From a virus (Duplodnaviria > Caudoviricetes), in IMG/VR virus record IMGVR_UViG_3300025715_000014, positions 1 to 64,000 of that record: 64,000 nt of DNA. One strand, given 5' to 3'. The notes beneath the pieces were generated by a model that saw nothing but the letters and a program-made list of their open reading frames with translations, was not told the DNA's origin and made no database searches. This document shows, piece after piece, positions 1 through 11,074 of the stretch (position 1 is its first letter; each line of letters starts with the position of its first letter). Both the position numbers and the translations under genes were made by a program.

Positions 1-1
1 A

Positions 2-1393
2 GCTGGAGTTGATGGGACTAGTGGAACTTCAGGTATTTCAGGAACTTCTGGTTCATCTGGTACTTCAGGTGCACAAGGTACTTCTGGAACTAGTGGAACT
101 TCAGGTACATCTGGAAAACAGGGTACTTCAGGAACATCCGGCATTTCTGGCACTTCCGGCACATCAGGCGCAACAGGAACATCTGGCACATCAGGCGCAA
201 CAGGAACATCTGGCACATCAGGCGCAACAGGAACATCAGGATCCAGTGGTTCAAGTGGTGTATCAGGTGCCCCACTAACAGAAGTCACAATAACAGGAAC
301 TCAAGACTCATCCAATAAAACATTTACATTAAGCTCTCCTTTAACCGATGGCACTCAACATCAATTCTTTATTAATGGTGTATTACAGACATACACAAAC
401 GACTATACTATATCTGGAACTACTTTGACTATAAGCGCTGAAAGGCCAGCACCATCTAGCTCGGATATACTAAGATTATTTGGTAATATTGGGGAGTCAG
501 TTATGGGCACGTCTGGAACATCAGGTGTTGGACCATCAGGCGATTCTGGAACATCAGGTACATCTGGAACCACAGGTACAAGTGGAACATCAGGAAAAAC
601 AGGAACATCTGGAACATCTGGCGTTCAAGGCACTTCTGGAACATCGGGCGTAGGCACAGCTGGAACAGCCGGAACATCTGGATTAACAGGAACAAGTGGG
701 ACATCAGGTCAAACAGGCGCAACAGGAACATCTGGAACATCAGGTGTTCAAGGCACATCTGGAACATCAGGTGTTCAAGGCACATCTGGAACATCAGGTG
801 TTCAAGGCACATCCGGTACATCAGGTGTTCAAGGCACATCTGGAACATCAGGTGTTCAAGGCACATCTGGAACATCAGGTGTTCAAGGCACATCCGGTAC
901 ATCAGGCACATCTGGGACAACAGGCACAAGTGGTGTGTCAGGTGATGGAACTGGTGGTACAAGTGGTACAAGTGGTACAAGTGGATCATCTGTTACATTT
1001 GCTACTCAATCTGATCAAGAAACTGGAACAAGTACAACTGTAGCTGTTAATCCTGCTGTTCAACAATATCATAATTCAGCAGCAAAATTCTGGATTAAAG
1101 CAACAGCAAATTCAACAACAGTAAATGCCTCTTATAACGTAACAAGTGTTTCTGACACAGCCACTGGAAGAATGACAGTTAATATAGGTACAGATTTTTC
1201 ATCAGCCAGTTGGTGTGGAATAGTAACAATTCAAGTAACCCAAGCAAACGGAGCTGTTTTAGTTTCATCTATCGCTAACGCTGTTACACCAACGGCTGGG
1301 ACAGTTGAAATGCAATCGTGGTTAGTTGGTACAACAACAGAGTCTTTAACTGATCCGGCTTTTTGGAATTGTGCTGGTTATGGTGATCAATAA
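2..1393 (+). CDS. Gly/Thr/Ser-repeat (GTSGTS) tail fibre/appendage-like protein, 5'-truncated by the window edge
   Basis: Frame is open from position 2 through the track ORF 425..1393; long GTSGTSGxx repeat blocks separated by globular segments. Confidence 0.7.
   Translation, partial: AGVDGTSGTSGISGTSGSSGTSGAQGTSGTSGTSGTSGKQGTSGTSGISGTSGTSGATGTSGTSGATGTSGTSGATGTSGSSGSSGVSGAPLTEVTITGTQDSSNKTFTLSSPLTDGTQHQFFINGVLQTYTNDYTISGTTLTISAERPAPSSSDILRLFGNIGESVMGTSGTSGVGPSGDSGTSGTSGTTGTSGTSGKTGTSGTSGVQGTSGTSGVGTAGTAGTSGLTGTSGTSGQTGATGTSGTSGVQGTSGTSGVQGTSGTSGVQGTSGTSGVQGTSGTSGVQGTSGTSGVQGTSGTSGTSGTTGTSGVSGDGTGGTSGTSGTSGSSVTFATQSDQETGTSTTVAVNPAVQQYHNSAAKFWIKATANSTTVNASYNVTSVSDTATGRMTVNIGTDFSSASWCGIVTIQVTQANGAVLVSSIANAVTPTAGTVEMQSWLVGTTTESLTDPAFWNCAGYGDQ
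725..900 (+). repeat. 27-nt tandem repeat encoding GTSGTSGVQ (about 6 copies)
   Basis: ggcacatctggaacatcaggtgttcaa repeated near-perfectly. Confidence 0.9.
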
Positions 1394-1408
1394 AATAAAT
1401 AAAAGATA

Positions 1409-1876
1409 ATGGTAGAACAAGTTAAAATATTAATTACTTTACAAGATGATTCATTAATAGTTATGAGTTTTATAACAAATGATCACAATGGGTTGATAAG
1501 AGAAGCAACTAATGATAATATAAATGATGAAATAAAAAAGAGTGGTTTTAATTCAAAATCTTGGAGAATTATCAACGATTCCGATTTAATTCCAGATCGT
1601 ACATTTCGTAATGCATGGAAAGACGTAAATAATAAAATTGAAGTTGATATGCCAAAAGCAAGAGAAATTCATAGAAATAATTTAAGAATCGCTAGAATAG
1701 AAATGTTGAATACGTTAGATGTCGAATATATAAGAGCTGATGAACAAAATAATATTACAAGAAAAAATGAAATAATTTCTCAAAAACAATTATTAAGAGA
1801 TATAACGAAACATCCATCTATTGAAAATGCAAAAACTCCAGAAGAACTAAAAAATATTTGGTTTGATACAATTTAA
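1409..1876 (+). CDS. Tail fibre assembly/chaperone-like protein
   Basis: DRTFRNAW...VDMPKAREIHR...LDVEYIRADE...KQLLRDIT pattern typical of genes that follow phage fibres. Confidence 0.55.
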   Translation: MVEQVKILITLQDDSLIVMSFITNDHNGLIREATNDNINDEIKKSGFNSKSWRIINDSDLIPDRTFRNAWKDVNNKIEVDMPKAREIHRNNLRIARIEMLNTLDVEYIRADEQNNITRKNEIISQKQLLRDITKHPSIENAKTPEELKNIWFDTI

Positions 1877-1887
1877 TATATTAACAT

Positions 1888-2598
1888 ATGAGTATAACAA
1901 GAATAGGAACATATTCACAAATAAAAGGTAGTAGTTTTAAATTACCATGTAAAGTAGCTACCACTGGAAATATAACTCTAAGTGGTGAACAGACTATTGA
2001 TGGTATAAGTATAGTAACTGGTGATAGGGTATTGGTTTATAATCAATCAACAGGGTCACAGAATGGTATTTATGTTGCATCAGGTAGTACATGGTCAAGA
2101 TCTATTGATATGTCATTAAATGATGATGTTTTTTGTGGATTGGAAGTTTATATTAATTCTGGAACAGCTAACGGTGGAAAAACATTTGTTTTAAGTACTT
2201 CAGACCCTATAACTTTAAATACTACATCATTAACATTTACAGTAATCAGTTCTGGAAATTCTGGATCATCAGTTGTAGAGGTTCAAAACACAGGACATAC
2301 TATAACAACAACAGATCAAGGTAAGACTTTTACGTGTGATTCATCAACTGGTGTTACTCGTTATTTTTACTTACCGAGTGTAGGCACAACAGAAATAGGT
2401 TATGAATATACTATTGTAAAATTGGGAAGTGATACAATTAGTATAATTGCTGCTGATAACGATAAAATTGAAGATAGTGGTGAGGGCATGTCAATCTATT
2501 GTTCGGATGATGGATTGGCGAATATAACATTAAAATTAGTAACAAGTACTCAATGGATTATGAAATTTGCTAATGGTACTTGGGTAACTACAATATAA
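1888..2598 (+). CDS. Tail fibre-related structural protein
   Basis: KVATTGNITLSGEQTIDG..GDRVLV.NQ..NGIY motif seen in phage fibre/baseplate-attachment domains. Confidence 0.6.
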   Translation: MSITRIGTYSQIKGSSFKLPCKVATTGNITLSGEQTIDGISIVTGDRVLVYNQSTGSQNGIYVASGSTWSRSIDMSLNDDVFCGLEVYINSGTANGGKTFVLSTSDPITLNTTSLTFTVISSGNSGSSVVEVQNTGHTITTTDQGKTFTCDSSTGVTRYFYLPSVGTTEIGYEYTIVKLGSDTISIIAADNDKIEDSGEGMSIYCSDDGLANITLKLVTSTQWIMKFANGTWVTTI

Positions 2599-2610
2599 GA
2601 AAAATAAAAA

Positions 2611-4365
2611 ATGGATTTAACTGGACTTTTAGCATATTGGAAGATGGATGAACCATCTGGTAATTTAATAGATTCTCACGGTATATTTTCGGGTTCAACT
2701 GTTGATATAACTTATGGGGTTCAGGGTAAAATTAATACTGCATTTTCTTTTAATGGTAACTCATCTTATTGCGATATAGATTATCATTCGTCTTTAGATT
2801 TAACAACACTATCTTTATCAGCTTGGGTGAAAACAACAAGCGATGCGGCAATGACAATACTTGAAAAAAAATTTTCAGGTGTGACACCATATGTATTTAG
2901 AGTTTGGGCTTATACTCCATATTTTAGATTCTATGACGGTGATTCATATAAAAATTATTTAGCTACAGTTCGGGTTAATAAAGGTTTATGGTCGTATGTT
3001 GTTTTTAATGTTCAAACTATTGGATCAGATGTTAAATGTGAATTTTATATAAATGGAAAATTAAATTATTCTGAAACAAAAACATCTGTTACAATTCCAA
3101 CAAATACAAGAGGGTTATATATTGGTTGTGATAAAGATGACAATGGTGAATATTGGAATGGTCAATTAGATGAAATATCTCTTTGGAGTCGTTTGTTAAA
3201 TCCAAGTGAAATATCATATTTATACAATAGAGAAATGGGTAGGAAATATCCATTTGATGAAAATAAAAAATTTGTTTTTGGAAAGCTTGCTGATTACGGT
3301 AAATTACCATCAAGTGATGAAATAAATATTCATTCTTTTGAAAGATTTAAAACTTTGATGAAAAGAAGATCTGATGCTGGATCTTTACTCAATCATCCAA
3401 TCGTAACAACATACTCTATAGCTTGGAATGCAGCAAATGGTAATTTTGGTGCTGTTTTAAGTCCAAATAATGAAGTTCATGTTGTACCATATAATATGGA
3501 TATTGGAATAAGAACGAATGTAAATGGATGGATTCAAACAACTTATTCTCTTGTTTATACAACTGATGCGGCTTATTTTGGGGGAATTTTAGCACCAAAT
3601 GGTGAAATTCACTTTGTTCCTCATAGTGCAACAGTGGGTCAAAAAGTAAATTCATCAAATGTTGTTTCTACTTACACTTTAGCTTATACAACAACAAACG
3701 CTTATGCTGGTGGTGTTGTTTCACCAAATGGAAACGTTTATTTTATACCCTATAACGCAACTGTTGGTCAAAAAATGGATTCAGGCGGAACATTCACTAC
3801 GTTTTCTTTAACATACACAACAACATCAGCTTATGTTGGTGGTGTTTTATCGCCAACAGGAGACATTCATTTTATTCCCTATAGTGCAACAGTGGGTCAA
3901 AAAATTAGTTCTTCTGGTGTAGTATCAACTTATTCTTTGGCATATACAACAACTACATCTTATTGGGGTGGAGTTTTAAATCCAAATGGTGATATTCACT
4001 TTGTTCCTCATAGTGCAGAGGTTGGTCAAAAAATAGATATAAATGGAACACTTTCAACATATTCATTAATATATACTACAGCAGATGGTGCATATTGTGG
4101 GGGTGTTTTATCTTCAAATGGTGACGTTCATTTTATAACATATCTAGCTGACACACCTTACCAAAGAGTGAGTGTATATGGAATAGTTTCAACATATTCA
4201 AGTGATTTTAAAGGTTATTGCAGAGGTGGTGTTTTATTAACAGATGGTAGTATTTATCTTGTTTCTAATTTAACAGTTGGACAAACAGGGGGAAGAATAA
4301 TAACATTGGATGCTGAACCTTTTGGTATTGGTGTTTGTTGTTCACCATTTTTAAATAAATTATAA
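2611..4365 (+). CDS. LamG-like jellyroll plus beta-propeller repeat protein (putative receptor-binding/appendage)
   Basis: LAYWKMDE, LSAWVK, GQLDEISLW LamG motifs; GGVLxPNGDIHFIP repeats; C-terminus CCSPFLNKL. Confidence 0.75.
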   Translation: MDLTGLLAYWKMDEPSGNLIDSHGIFSGSTVDITYGVQGKINTAFSFNGNSSYCDIDYHSSLDLTTLSLSAWVKTTSDAAMTILEKKFSGVTPYVFRVWAYTPYFRFYDGDSYKNYLATVRVNKGLWSYVVFNVQTIGSDVKCEFYINGKLNYSETKTSVTIPTNTRGLYIGCDKDDNGEYWNGQLDEISLWSRLLNPSEISYLYNREMGRKYPFDENKKFVFGKLADYGKLPSSDEINIHSFERFKTLMKRRSDAGSLLNHPIVTTYSIAWNAANGNFGAVLSPNNEVHVVPYNMDIGIRTNVNGWIQTTYSLVYTTDAAYFGGILAPNGEIHFVPHSATVGQKVNSSNVVSTYTLAYTTTNAYAGGVVSPNGNVYFIPYNATVGQKMDSGGTFTTFSLTYTTTSAYVGGVLSPTGDIHFIPYSATVGQKISSSGVVSTYSLAYTTTTSYWGGVLNPNGDIHFVPHSAEVGQKIDINGTLSTYSLIYTTADGAYCGGVLSSNGDVHFITYLADTPYQRVSVYGIVSTYSSDFKGYCRGGVLLTDGSIYLVSNLTVGQTGGRIITLDAEPFGIGVCCSPFLNKL

Positions 4366-4379
4366 AAATATATAAAATT

Positions 4380-6824
4380 ATGAGTTTACTTGATGGATTG
4401 AAGTTATATTTTATGTTAGATGAAACATCTGGAAGTTGTGCATCATCTTATGGAACATCTTTAACTGGTTCTTGCAGCAATATAACTTATAGCGAAACGG
4501 GTAAAGTTGGAAATTGTTATACATTTGATAGAAATAATTCGTATGTTGATTTCGATGAAATTAATTTTACAAACTATTTTACTATTAGTTTATGGGTAAA
4601 AACATCATATACAACTTCTAATTGGATATCACTATTTAGACACTCGTCATTTGTGAGTTATTTTCAAGGTGTAAATTTATGGGCACATGGTAGTGATGGA
4701 TTATTTGAATGTCACTTAGGTGACGGATTGGGAACTGAAACATATATTTATTCAAAAACTCCAGTAAATGATGGATTATGGCATTTAATTACAGCTTCAT
4801 TTGATGGAATTTATTTTAAAATTTATTTTGACGGAATTGTTGATAATTATTATGAAATAACATCAACACCAATGACTATTGGATATAATAGTGGCAGACA
4901 AATCATAGGTTCAGATGCTGGGGCTAGTTGGGATGGTCAAATAGACGAAGTTGCTATTTGGGATAGATCCTTAACTCAAGAAGAAATAACAGAAGTTTAT
5001 AATAAAGGATTAGCTGGAAAAAATATTTATGAAAATCTTTTCAATGGTTTAACAGCATATTATAAATTAGATGAATTAAGTGGGCAGATAAAAGATTCGA
5101 GCGGTAAAGGTCATCATACTAATCTTTTATCAGGTGTTACTTTAGGAGTAGATGGAAAAATAAACAAATGTGCAACATTTGCAGCCGGTAATACAGCTGA
5201 AGTATCAAATCACTCAGATTTCAGTTTTGAACAAGATAGTTTTTCAATTTGTGCTTGGTGTAAAATAAATAATTTTGATGATTATTTAAAAGATAATGTT
5301 ATTTTTGCTCATAAGAGTTGGTGGGACGGTCAACTTGGAGTTGGGTTTGCCCCTTATTCTTTTGAGATATCTTGGGGCTATACTCAAATTAGATACTCAA
5401 GCGGTCAAACCAGTTCTACTCAAATTGGAGATCCAAATCAACACATTGTCACAGGTGAATGGCATCATTTTGCTGTAACTTATTATTCACCACACTCAAT
5501 GAATTTTTATTATGATGGTCAATTGTCTGCATCTAACACAGGAACATACAATCTCGTAACGGGGAGCACAAACTTATATATTGGTTCAGTTGGATATGGT
5601 GTATCGGATACCTCATTATCTGGTGAAATAGATGAATTATTGATTTATAATAGGCCCTTATTCCCCTCTGAAATCGAACATATTTATAATCTTGGTTTGT
5701 CTGGACAAACTTTAATAAAAGATAAAACAAAATATGTTTCAGGAAAAAATTCTGGTCCGGGAGAAATATCATCTTTTACTAATTTAAGTTCCGATAATTT
5801 AATTAATTGGAAAAAATTTCAAATTTTAATGAAAAAAAGTGTTGATGCTGGAAGTATTTTTGAAAATCCAATTATTTCAACATATCCTTTAGCATATACT
5901 GGTGATACAGCTTATATTGGATGTGTTCTTTCTCCAAATGGTGATATTCATTTCATTCCTTATAACGCATCGGTTGGTCAAAAAGTGAATTGTTATACTG
6001 GTGTAGTTTCTACTTATTCACTGATTCATACAGTGGGTGGTTATTTATATACAGGTGGTGTTCTTGCACCAAATGGAGATATTCATTTTTGCTCAGAAGG
6101 AGGTGGATATACAGGTCAAAAAGTGGATATTAATGGAATTGTTTCTACTTATTCATTATTAACAAATGGTATATTTAGTGGTGGAGTTGTTGATAATAAT
6201 GATGATATTCATTTAGTTCCGGGATGGACATCGATTGGACAAAAAATAGATATTAATGGCAATGTTTCAACATATTCATTGGTTTATACTACATCATATG
6301 CTTATGCCGGTGGAGTTTTAGCTCCAAATGGAGATATACACTTTATTCCTTCAAATGCAATTGTAGGTCAAAAAGTATCTCCTTCTGGTGTTGTATCAAC
6401 ATACTCATTAGCTTATACTACTGCTTCTGCTTATTTGGGTGGTGTTCTTTCATTGAATGGAGATATACACTTCATTCCAATGTTAGCTGAAGTTGGTCAA
6501 AAAATAGATATTAATGGTGCTGTATCGACATATTCTTTAGTTTATACACAATCATACGGATTCAATAGTGGAGTTTTAGCTCCAAATGGAGATATTCACT
6601 TTATACCAAGAAATGCTACGATGGGACAAAAAATAGATAAAAATGGTGTTGTTTCAACATATAATATACCCTCTCAATTATATTGTAGAGGTGGTGTTTT
6701 AGCTCCAACTGGTGATATTTATTTATGTCATGCTGGAAATAGTTATGGAATTAAAATTTCAACAACATCTACAAAGCCTTTTAGCACAGCAGTTTGTTGT
6801 TCACCGTATTTTAATAAATTTTAA
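4380..6824 (+). CDS. Two LamG domains plus beta-propeller repeat protein
   Basis: Two LamG motif sets, GGVLAPNGDIHF repeats, C-terminus CCSPYFNKF. Confidence 0.75.
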   Translation: MSLLDGLKLYFMLDETSGSCASSYGTSLTGSCSNITYSETGKVGNCYTFDRNNSYVDFDEINFTNYFTISLWVKTSYTTSNWISLFRHSSFVSYFQGVNLWAHGSDGLFECHLGDGLGTETYIYSKTPVNDGLWHLITASFDGIYFKIYFDGIVDNYYEITSTPMTIGYNSGRQIIGSDAGASWDGQIDEVAIWDRSLTQEEITEVYNKGLAGKNIYENLFNGLTAYYKLDELSGQIKDSSGKGHHTNLLSGVTLGVDGKINKCATFAAGNTAEVSNHSDFSFEQDSFSICAWCKINNFDDYLKDNVIFAHKSWWDGQLGVGFAPYSFEISWGYTQIRYSSGQTSSTQIGDPNQHIVTGEWHHFAVTYYSPHSMNFYYDGQLSASNTGTYNLVTGSTNLYIGSVGYGVSDTSLSGEIDELLIYNRPLFPSEIEHIYNLGLSGQTLIKDKTKYVSGKNSGPGEISSFTNLSSDNLINWKKFQILMKKSVDAGSIFENPIISTYPLAYTGDTAYIGCVLSPNGDIHFIPYNASVGQKVNCYTGVVSTYSLIHTVGGYLYTGGVLAPNGDIHFCSEGGGYTGQKVDINGIVSTYSLLTNGIFSGGVVDNNDDIHLVPGWTSIGQKIDINGNVSTYSLVYTTSYAYAGGVLAPNGDIHFIPSNAIVGQKVSPSGVVSTYSLAYTTASAYLGGVLSLNGDIHFIPMLAEVGQKIDINGAVSTYSLVYTQSYGFNSGVLAPNGDIHFIPRNATMGQKIDKNGVVSTYNIPSQLYCRGGVLAPTGDIYLCHAGNSYGIKISTTSTKPFSTAVCCSPYFNKF

Positions 6825-6842
6825 AATATATATAAAATAATT

Positions 6843-7436
6843 ATGAGTATTTTAAATGGATTAGTTGGTTATTGGAAGTTAGATGAATTAAGTGGACAAA
6901 TAAAAGATTCAAGTGGTAAAGGTCATCATACTAATCTTTTATCAGGTGTTACTTTAGGAGTAGATGGAAAAATAAACAAATGTGCAACATTTGCAAGTGC
7001 TAATTTAGCTAGAATTCCTTTTCACACTGATTTTAACTATTCAACTTTTTCAATTTGTGCTTGGTATAAAATAGATAATGGTGATGTTTATGTTGGTGAT
7101 AGGGTCATTTTTGCACAAAAAGATTGGTATGATGGTCAGACACAAATGCCATACTCTTTTGAAATTTCTTATGGATTTACACAGATAAGATATAACAAAA
7201 ATGGTGGAAGTTCTGAACAAGTTGGTGATGGTTCGGCACAAAGAACACCAGTTGGTGAATGGCATCATGTTGCTGTTACTTTTTCTCCAACTCAAGTAAT
7301 TTTTTATTATGATGGTGCATTAACAGCTAACAATACTGGAACAACTTATCCAGTTTATGGTCAGAAAATTTCCCCAATGTCGGCTGATCCATTTGGGATA
7401 GGTGTTTGTTGTTCACCATTTTTTAATAAATTTTAA
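6843..7436 (+). CDS. Short LamG paralogue (internal deletion derivative)
   Basis: N-terminal DNA near-identical to ~5068-5183; jumps from a partial LamG directly to the conserved C-terminus CCSPFFNKF. Confidence 0.7.
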   Translation: MSILNGLVGYWKLDELSGQIKDSSGKGHHTNLLSGVTLGVDGKINKCATFASANLARIPFHTDFNYSTFSICAWYKIDNGDVYVGDRVIFAQKDWYDGQTQMPYSFEISYGFTQIRYNKNGGSSEQVGDGSAQRTPVGEWHHVAVTFSPTQVIFYYDGALTANNTGTTYPVYGQKISPMSADPFGIGVCCSPFFNKF

Positions 7437-7452
7437 AAATATATAAAACATT

Positions 7453-9225
7453 ATGAGCTTACTTAACGGATTGCAGTTATATTTTACATTAGATGAAACA
7501 GCTGGAAATTGTGCATCATCTTATGGTACAGCTTTAACCGGTTCTTGTACTAATATAACTTATGGAACAACTGGTCAAGTAGGAACATGTTATACATTTG
7601 ATTCTGGATCAACATCTAACGTTAATTTTGGTAATGCTGGAAGATATAATGAGTTTACAGTTTCTGCTTGGATTAAAACATTGATAGGTGGTATGGTTAT
7701 TTCTAATTATTATAGTTTTCAACCTCAAGGGTGGGGATTAACTGTTGGTAATAGTTCTTGGGATCTTACGGTAAGGAATGGAGGATCGACGTGGGGTGCA
7801 TCAACAACTGATGTAAGTGATGGTGAATGGCATCATATATTAGGTACTTTTAAAATCGGTGAACCACTTCAATATTATACAGATGGTCAATATGATGTTA
7901 GCTGGGTTTTAGACCCGCTCACAGGTGAAATGGTATATAATAGTAGTGACGAATTAATAGTTGGATATTCAAATGGAGGAAATTATGGAAATTATTTTGA
8001 TGGTGACATAGATGAAATTTGTATATGGGATAGAGTTCTATCACAAGAAGAAATAACAGAAGTTTATAATAAAGGATTAGCTGGTCAAACTTTAATTAAA
8101 GATAAATCAAGATATATAAATGGTATAGACGGTTATTCTGGTGAACATCCAACCGCAGATAATAATTCAATTGACGATACTTTAATTGGCTGGAAAAATT
8201 TACAAGTATTAATGAAAAAAAGTGTTAATGCTGGAACTACTTTTTCAAATCCAATTGTTTCAACTTTTAGTGTTCTTTCACCAGCATGGGAAAATTATTA
8301 TTTTGGTACAGTTTTAGCTTTAAACGGTGATATTCATTGTGTCCCTAATAGTGCAGAATATGGACAAAAAATTAATTGTTATACTGGTGTAGTTTCTACA
8401 TACTCATTAGTTTATACAACATCTAATGCATATATGGGTGGTGTATTGGATTCAAATGGATATATTCATTTTGTTCCAGCAAAAGCTTCTGTTGGTCAAA
8501 AAATTTCACCTTCTGGTGTTGTTTCAACTTATTCTTTGGCTTTTACATATGGCGATAACGAAGGTTATAATGGTGGTGTTTTAGCTCCAAATGGAGATAT
8601 TCATTTTATAAAGTATGCAGCTATTGATAGTGGTGTTGGAATAGGACAAAAAATTAGTAAAGCTGGTGTCGCTTCCACTTACGCTTATCCAGACACAAAT
8701 ATTCATATAGGTGGAGTTTTAGATCCAAAGGGTTTTATTCATTTAACACCTTATGGTGCAAGTGATAGAGGATATAAAATAAATACAAAAGATAATTCTT
8801 TTTCTACATATTCATTATTATACACTACAAGTGATGCATATCAAGGTGCTGTCTTGGATTCATATGGAAATGTTCATTTTGTACCATGTAGTGCAGAAGT
8901 TGGTCAAAAAGTAAATATAAATGGAATTGTTTCCACTTATTCTTTGGCTTATACTACTTCAAATGCATCAGCACATGGTGTTTTAGCACCAAACGGTGAT
9001 ATTATTTTTGTTTCAAGCAATGGCTCAAATTATCAAAGAATAGATATTAATGGTATTGTTTCAACATTCACTGCCCCTTACGGATATAATATTGGTGCAA
9101 CTTTAACACCAAATGGAGATATTTATTGTTTTTCATATTCAAGTTTTTGTGAAAAAATTTCAACATTACCAGCTATTCCATTTGATATGAGTATTTGTCT
9201 TTCACCTTTTTTCAACAAACGTTAA
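7453..9225 (+). CDS. LamG plus beta-propeller repeat protein
   Basis: Same architecture as 2611 and 4380; C-terminus CLSPFFNKR. Confidence 0.75.
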   Translation: MSLLNGLQLYFTLDETAGNCASSYGTALTGSCTNITYGTTGQVGTCYTFDSGSTSNVNFGNAGRYNEFTVSAWIKTLIGGMVISNYYSFQPQGWGLTVGNSSWDLTVRNGGSTWGASTTDVSDGEWHHILGTFKIGEPLQYYTDGQYDVSWVLDPLTGEMVYNSSDELIVGYSNGGNYGNYFDGDIDEICIWDRVLSQEEITEVYNKGLAGQTLIKDKSRYINGIDGYSGEHPTADNNSIDDTLIGWKNLQVLMKKSVNAGTTFSNPIVSTFSVLSPAWENYYFGTVLALNGDIHCVPNSAEYGQKINCYTGVVSTYSLVYTTSNAYMGGVLDSNGYIHFVPAKASVGQKISPSGVVSTYSLAFTYGDNEGYNGGVLAPNGDIHFIKYAAIDSGVGIGQKISKAGVASTYAYPDTNIHIGGVLDPKGFIHLTPYGASDRGYKINTKDNSFSTYSLLYTTSDAYQGAVLDSYGNVHFVPCSAEVGQKVNINGIVSTYSLAYTTSNASAHGVLAPNGDIIFVSSNGSNYQRIDINGIVSTFTAPYGYNIGATLTPNGDIYCFSYSSFCEKISTLPAIPFDMSICLSPFFNKR

Positions 9226-9245
9226 TTTTCAAAATATAAAAAGTT

Positions 9246-10082
9246 ATGTACGATAAAGAAACAATTTACAAAACTCTCAGAGAGATTCATGAAGAATCAA
9301 AATCAATTAAGCCTTATATAGTTATATGTCAACCGAGGCGTGATTTAAACGAAAAACCAGCTCAAAATTTTGATGGTTATCAAGGTCTTCATATTGACTT
9401 ATGTGGATTTTCACATGGATTTGCTAACATTGGTGGTGAAGCAGTTGATGTGGCAAGAAACTATTTGATAGAACAAGCTTTACAAAGTGGAGCTAAATAT
9501 CTTTTATTTGTCGGTGAAGATACAGTTTTACCTTATGATGGTTTTATGAAATTACATGAAACAGCCGAAAAAAATCCAGATTCTATGGTTGTTGGTGTTT
9601 ATTATATAAAGCTATCAGTTCCAATGATTATGATTAGAAAAGATGATTATGTAATTCCTGCAAATGTTGATCCCGGTCAAGTTTATGAAGCTTGGCAGAC
9701 AGGATTAGATGCAGCTCTTATACCAATAAAATTATTACAAAATATATATGAAAGTGATCCAGAAAATCCATTTTGTTGTATTGCAAATAATATAGAAGAT
9801 ATTCCTTTTATTGGTGAAGATAATTATTTTGTTCATCGTTGGAGAAAAATGGGTTATAAATTATTAGTTAATACAGATGTTCAATGTTTGCACATGGATT
9901 TACAAACTGGAAAATATACTGCTCATCCAAATATAAATCTTAATAATTATTTTACTCAGATTCCAATAACTGAAAGACTTACAATGGAAGATAAAAAATA
10001 TATTGATCAACGTTGGACATCAAGACTTCCACATCTAAATAAAGATGATGATAATTTAGTGCAAGAAATTAATAATATATAG
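9246..10082 (+). CDS. Glycosyltransferase-like (GT-A fold) protein
   Basis: VARNYL, YLLFVGED, GEDNYF, VNTDVQCLHMD motifs; ends in TAG. Confidence 0.6.
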   Translation: MYDKETIYKTLREIHEESKSIKPYIVICQPRRDLNEKPAQNFDGYQGLHIDLCGFSHGFANIGGEAVDVARNYLIEQALQSGAKYLLFVGEDTVLPYDGFMKLHETAEKNPDSMVVGVYYIKLSVPMIMIRKDDYVIPANVDPGQVYEAWQTGLDAALIPIKLLQNIYESDPENPFCCIANNIEDIPFIGEDNYFVHRWRKMGYKLLVNTDVQCLHMDLQTGKYTAHPNINLNNYFTQIPITERLTMEDKKYIDQRWTSRLPHLNKDDDNLVQEINNI

Positions 10083-10101
10083 ATTAAAAATCTCTTATTA
10101 T

Positions 10102-11067
10102 ATGATCGAATTTTTTGATTTAAAAATGTTGAACTCCCCAACAAAAACAAACAGACAACTTGTTGGTTTATCTATATTTAGTGGAATAACGTATAGTGGT
10201 GAAACTGAAAATTATATTTATGAAACTAAATCACGTTATTATAGCATAAATACATCAGATGGAAATGGTTATTCGTACACAGATAATATAAAGTATTCAA
10301 GTGGTATAACATTTACCGGGAAAGAATATGTTGGATTTGAAACAGGTATAACTTATAATACAGGCACAACTTTTACTACAGGATACACTTTTAATGGGAT
10401 GAAAGATGTAACAGGTGTGACACACACAACTGGTTATACCCACAAATTATTTTTCAATTATAGTGGTGAAACTTATAATTGGATGATATATAAACCATTA
10501 ATAAATCAACAAAGTTTGAATGATTACATAACAGAAAATATGTCATCTTATTTGAGTGATATAATGAGAAAAGAGGCTTTGTGGGTTTTGACTCCAGAAG
10601 CAGAAAAAAATACCATAGTAAAACCAACCATACCCGATTATATTGAACAAATGGCTGATGAAGGTATTGATATTCAATCTATTAAGAGATTATTAAAACT
10701 TCTAACTAACACTATACTTACCAGTTCTGGTATAACTCAACAACAAATAGATGATTTATCAAGAATCCACGATTATTATCAAGTTAATAAACCATATGTC
10801 ACTGGTGAAATTTTTTCATTTGAAGGAAAATTATATGAAGTTATACAATCACATACATCGCAATTAGATTGGTTGCCATCAGAACTTCCAGCTTTATATA
10901 AAGTAAAAACACCAGCTGGAACTATATCAGAATGGGTTCAACCTCTTGGTTCGGAAGACTCTTATCATATAGGAGATAAAGTGACACACAATGGACACAC
11001 TTGGGAAAGTACGGTAGATAATAATGTTTGGGAGCCGGGAGTTTATGGTTGGGACCAATTGGATTGA
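10102..11067 (+). CDS. Protein with C-terminal carbohydrate-binding (CBM5/12-like) modules
   Basis: LYEVIQSHTSQ.DW.P and Y.IGDKVTHNG.TWES..DNNVWEPGVYGW. Confidence 0.7.
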   Translation: MIEFFDLKMLNSPTKTNRQLVGLSIFSGITYSGETENYIYETKSRYYSINTSDGNGYSYTDNIKYSSGITFTGKEYVGFETGITYNTGTTFTTGYTFNGMKDVTGVTHTTGYTHKLFFNYSGETYNWMIYKPLINQQSLNDYITENMSSYLSDIMRKEALWVLTPEAEKNTIVKPTIPDYIEQMADEGIDIQSIKRLLKLLTNTILTSSGITQQQIDDLSRIHDYYQVNKPYVTGEIFSFEGKLYEVIQSHTSQLDWLPSELPALYKVKTPAGTISEWVQPLGSEDSYHIGDKVTHNGHTWESTVDNNVWEPGVYGWDQLD

Positions 11068-11074
11068 AATGGCA

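Noticed and set aside
2..990. CRISPR array or alternative-frame ORFs (9..278, 501..989, 696..1043) in the repeat region
   Set aside because: Repeats are contiguous codon-phase units of a Gly/Thr/Ser protein with no unique spacers; the other ORFs are shadows of it.
2611..9225. Diversity-generating retroelement acting on the LamG genes
   Set aside because: No reverse transcriptase in the window and no adenine-specific template/variable repeat pair seen.
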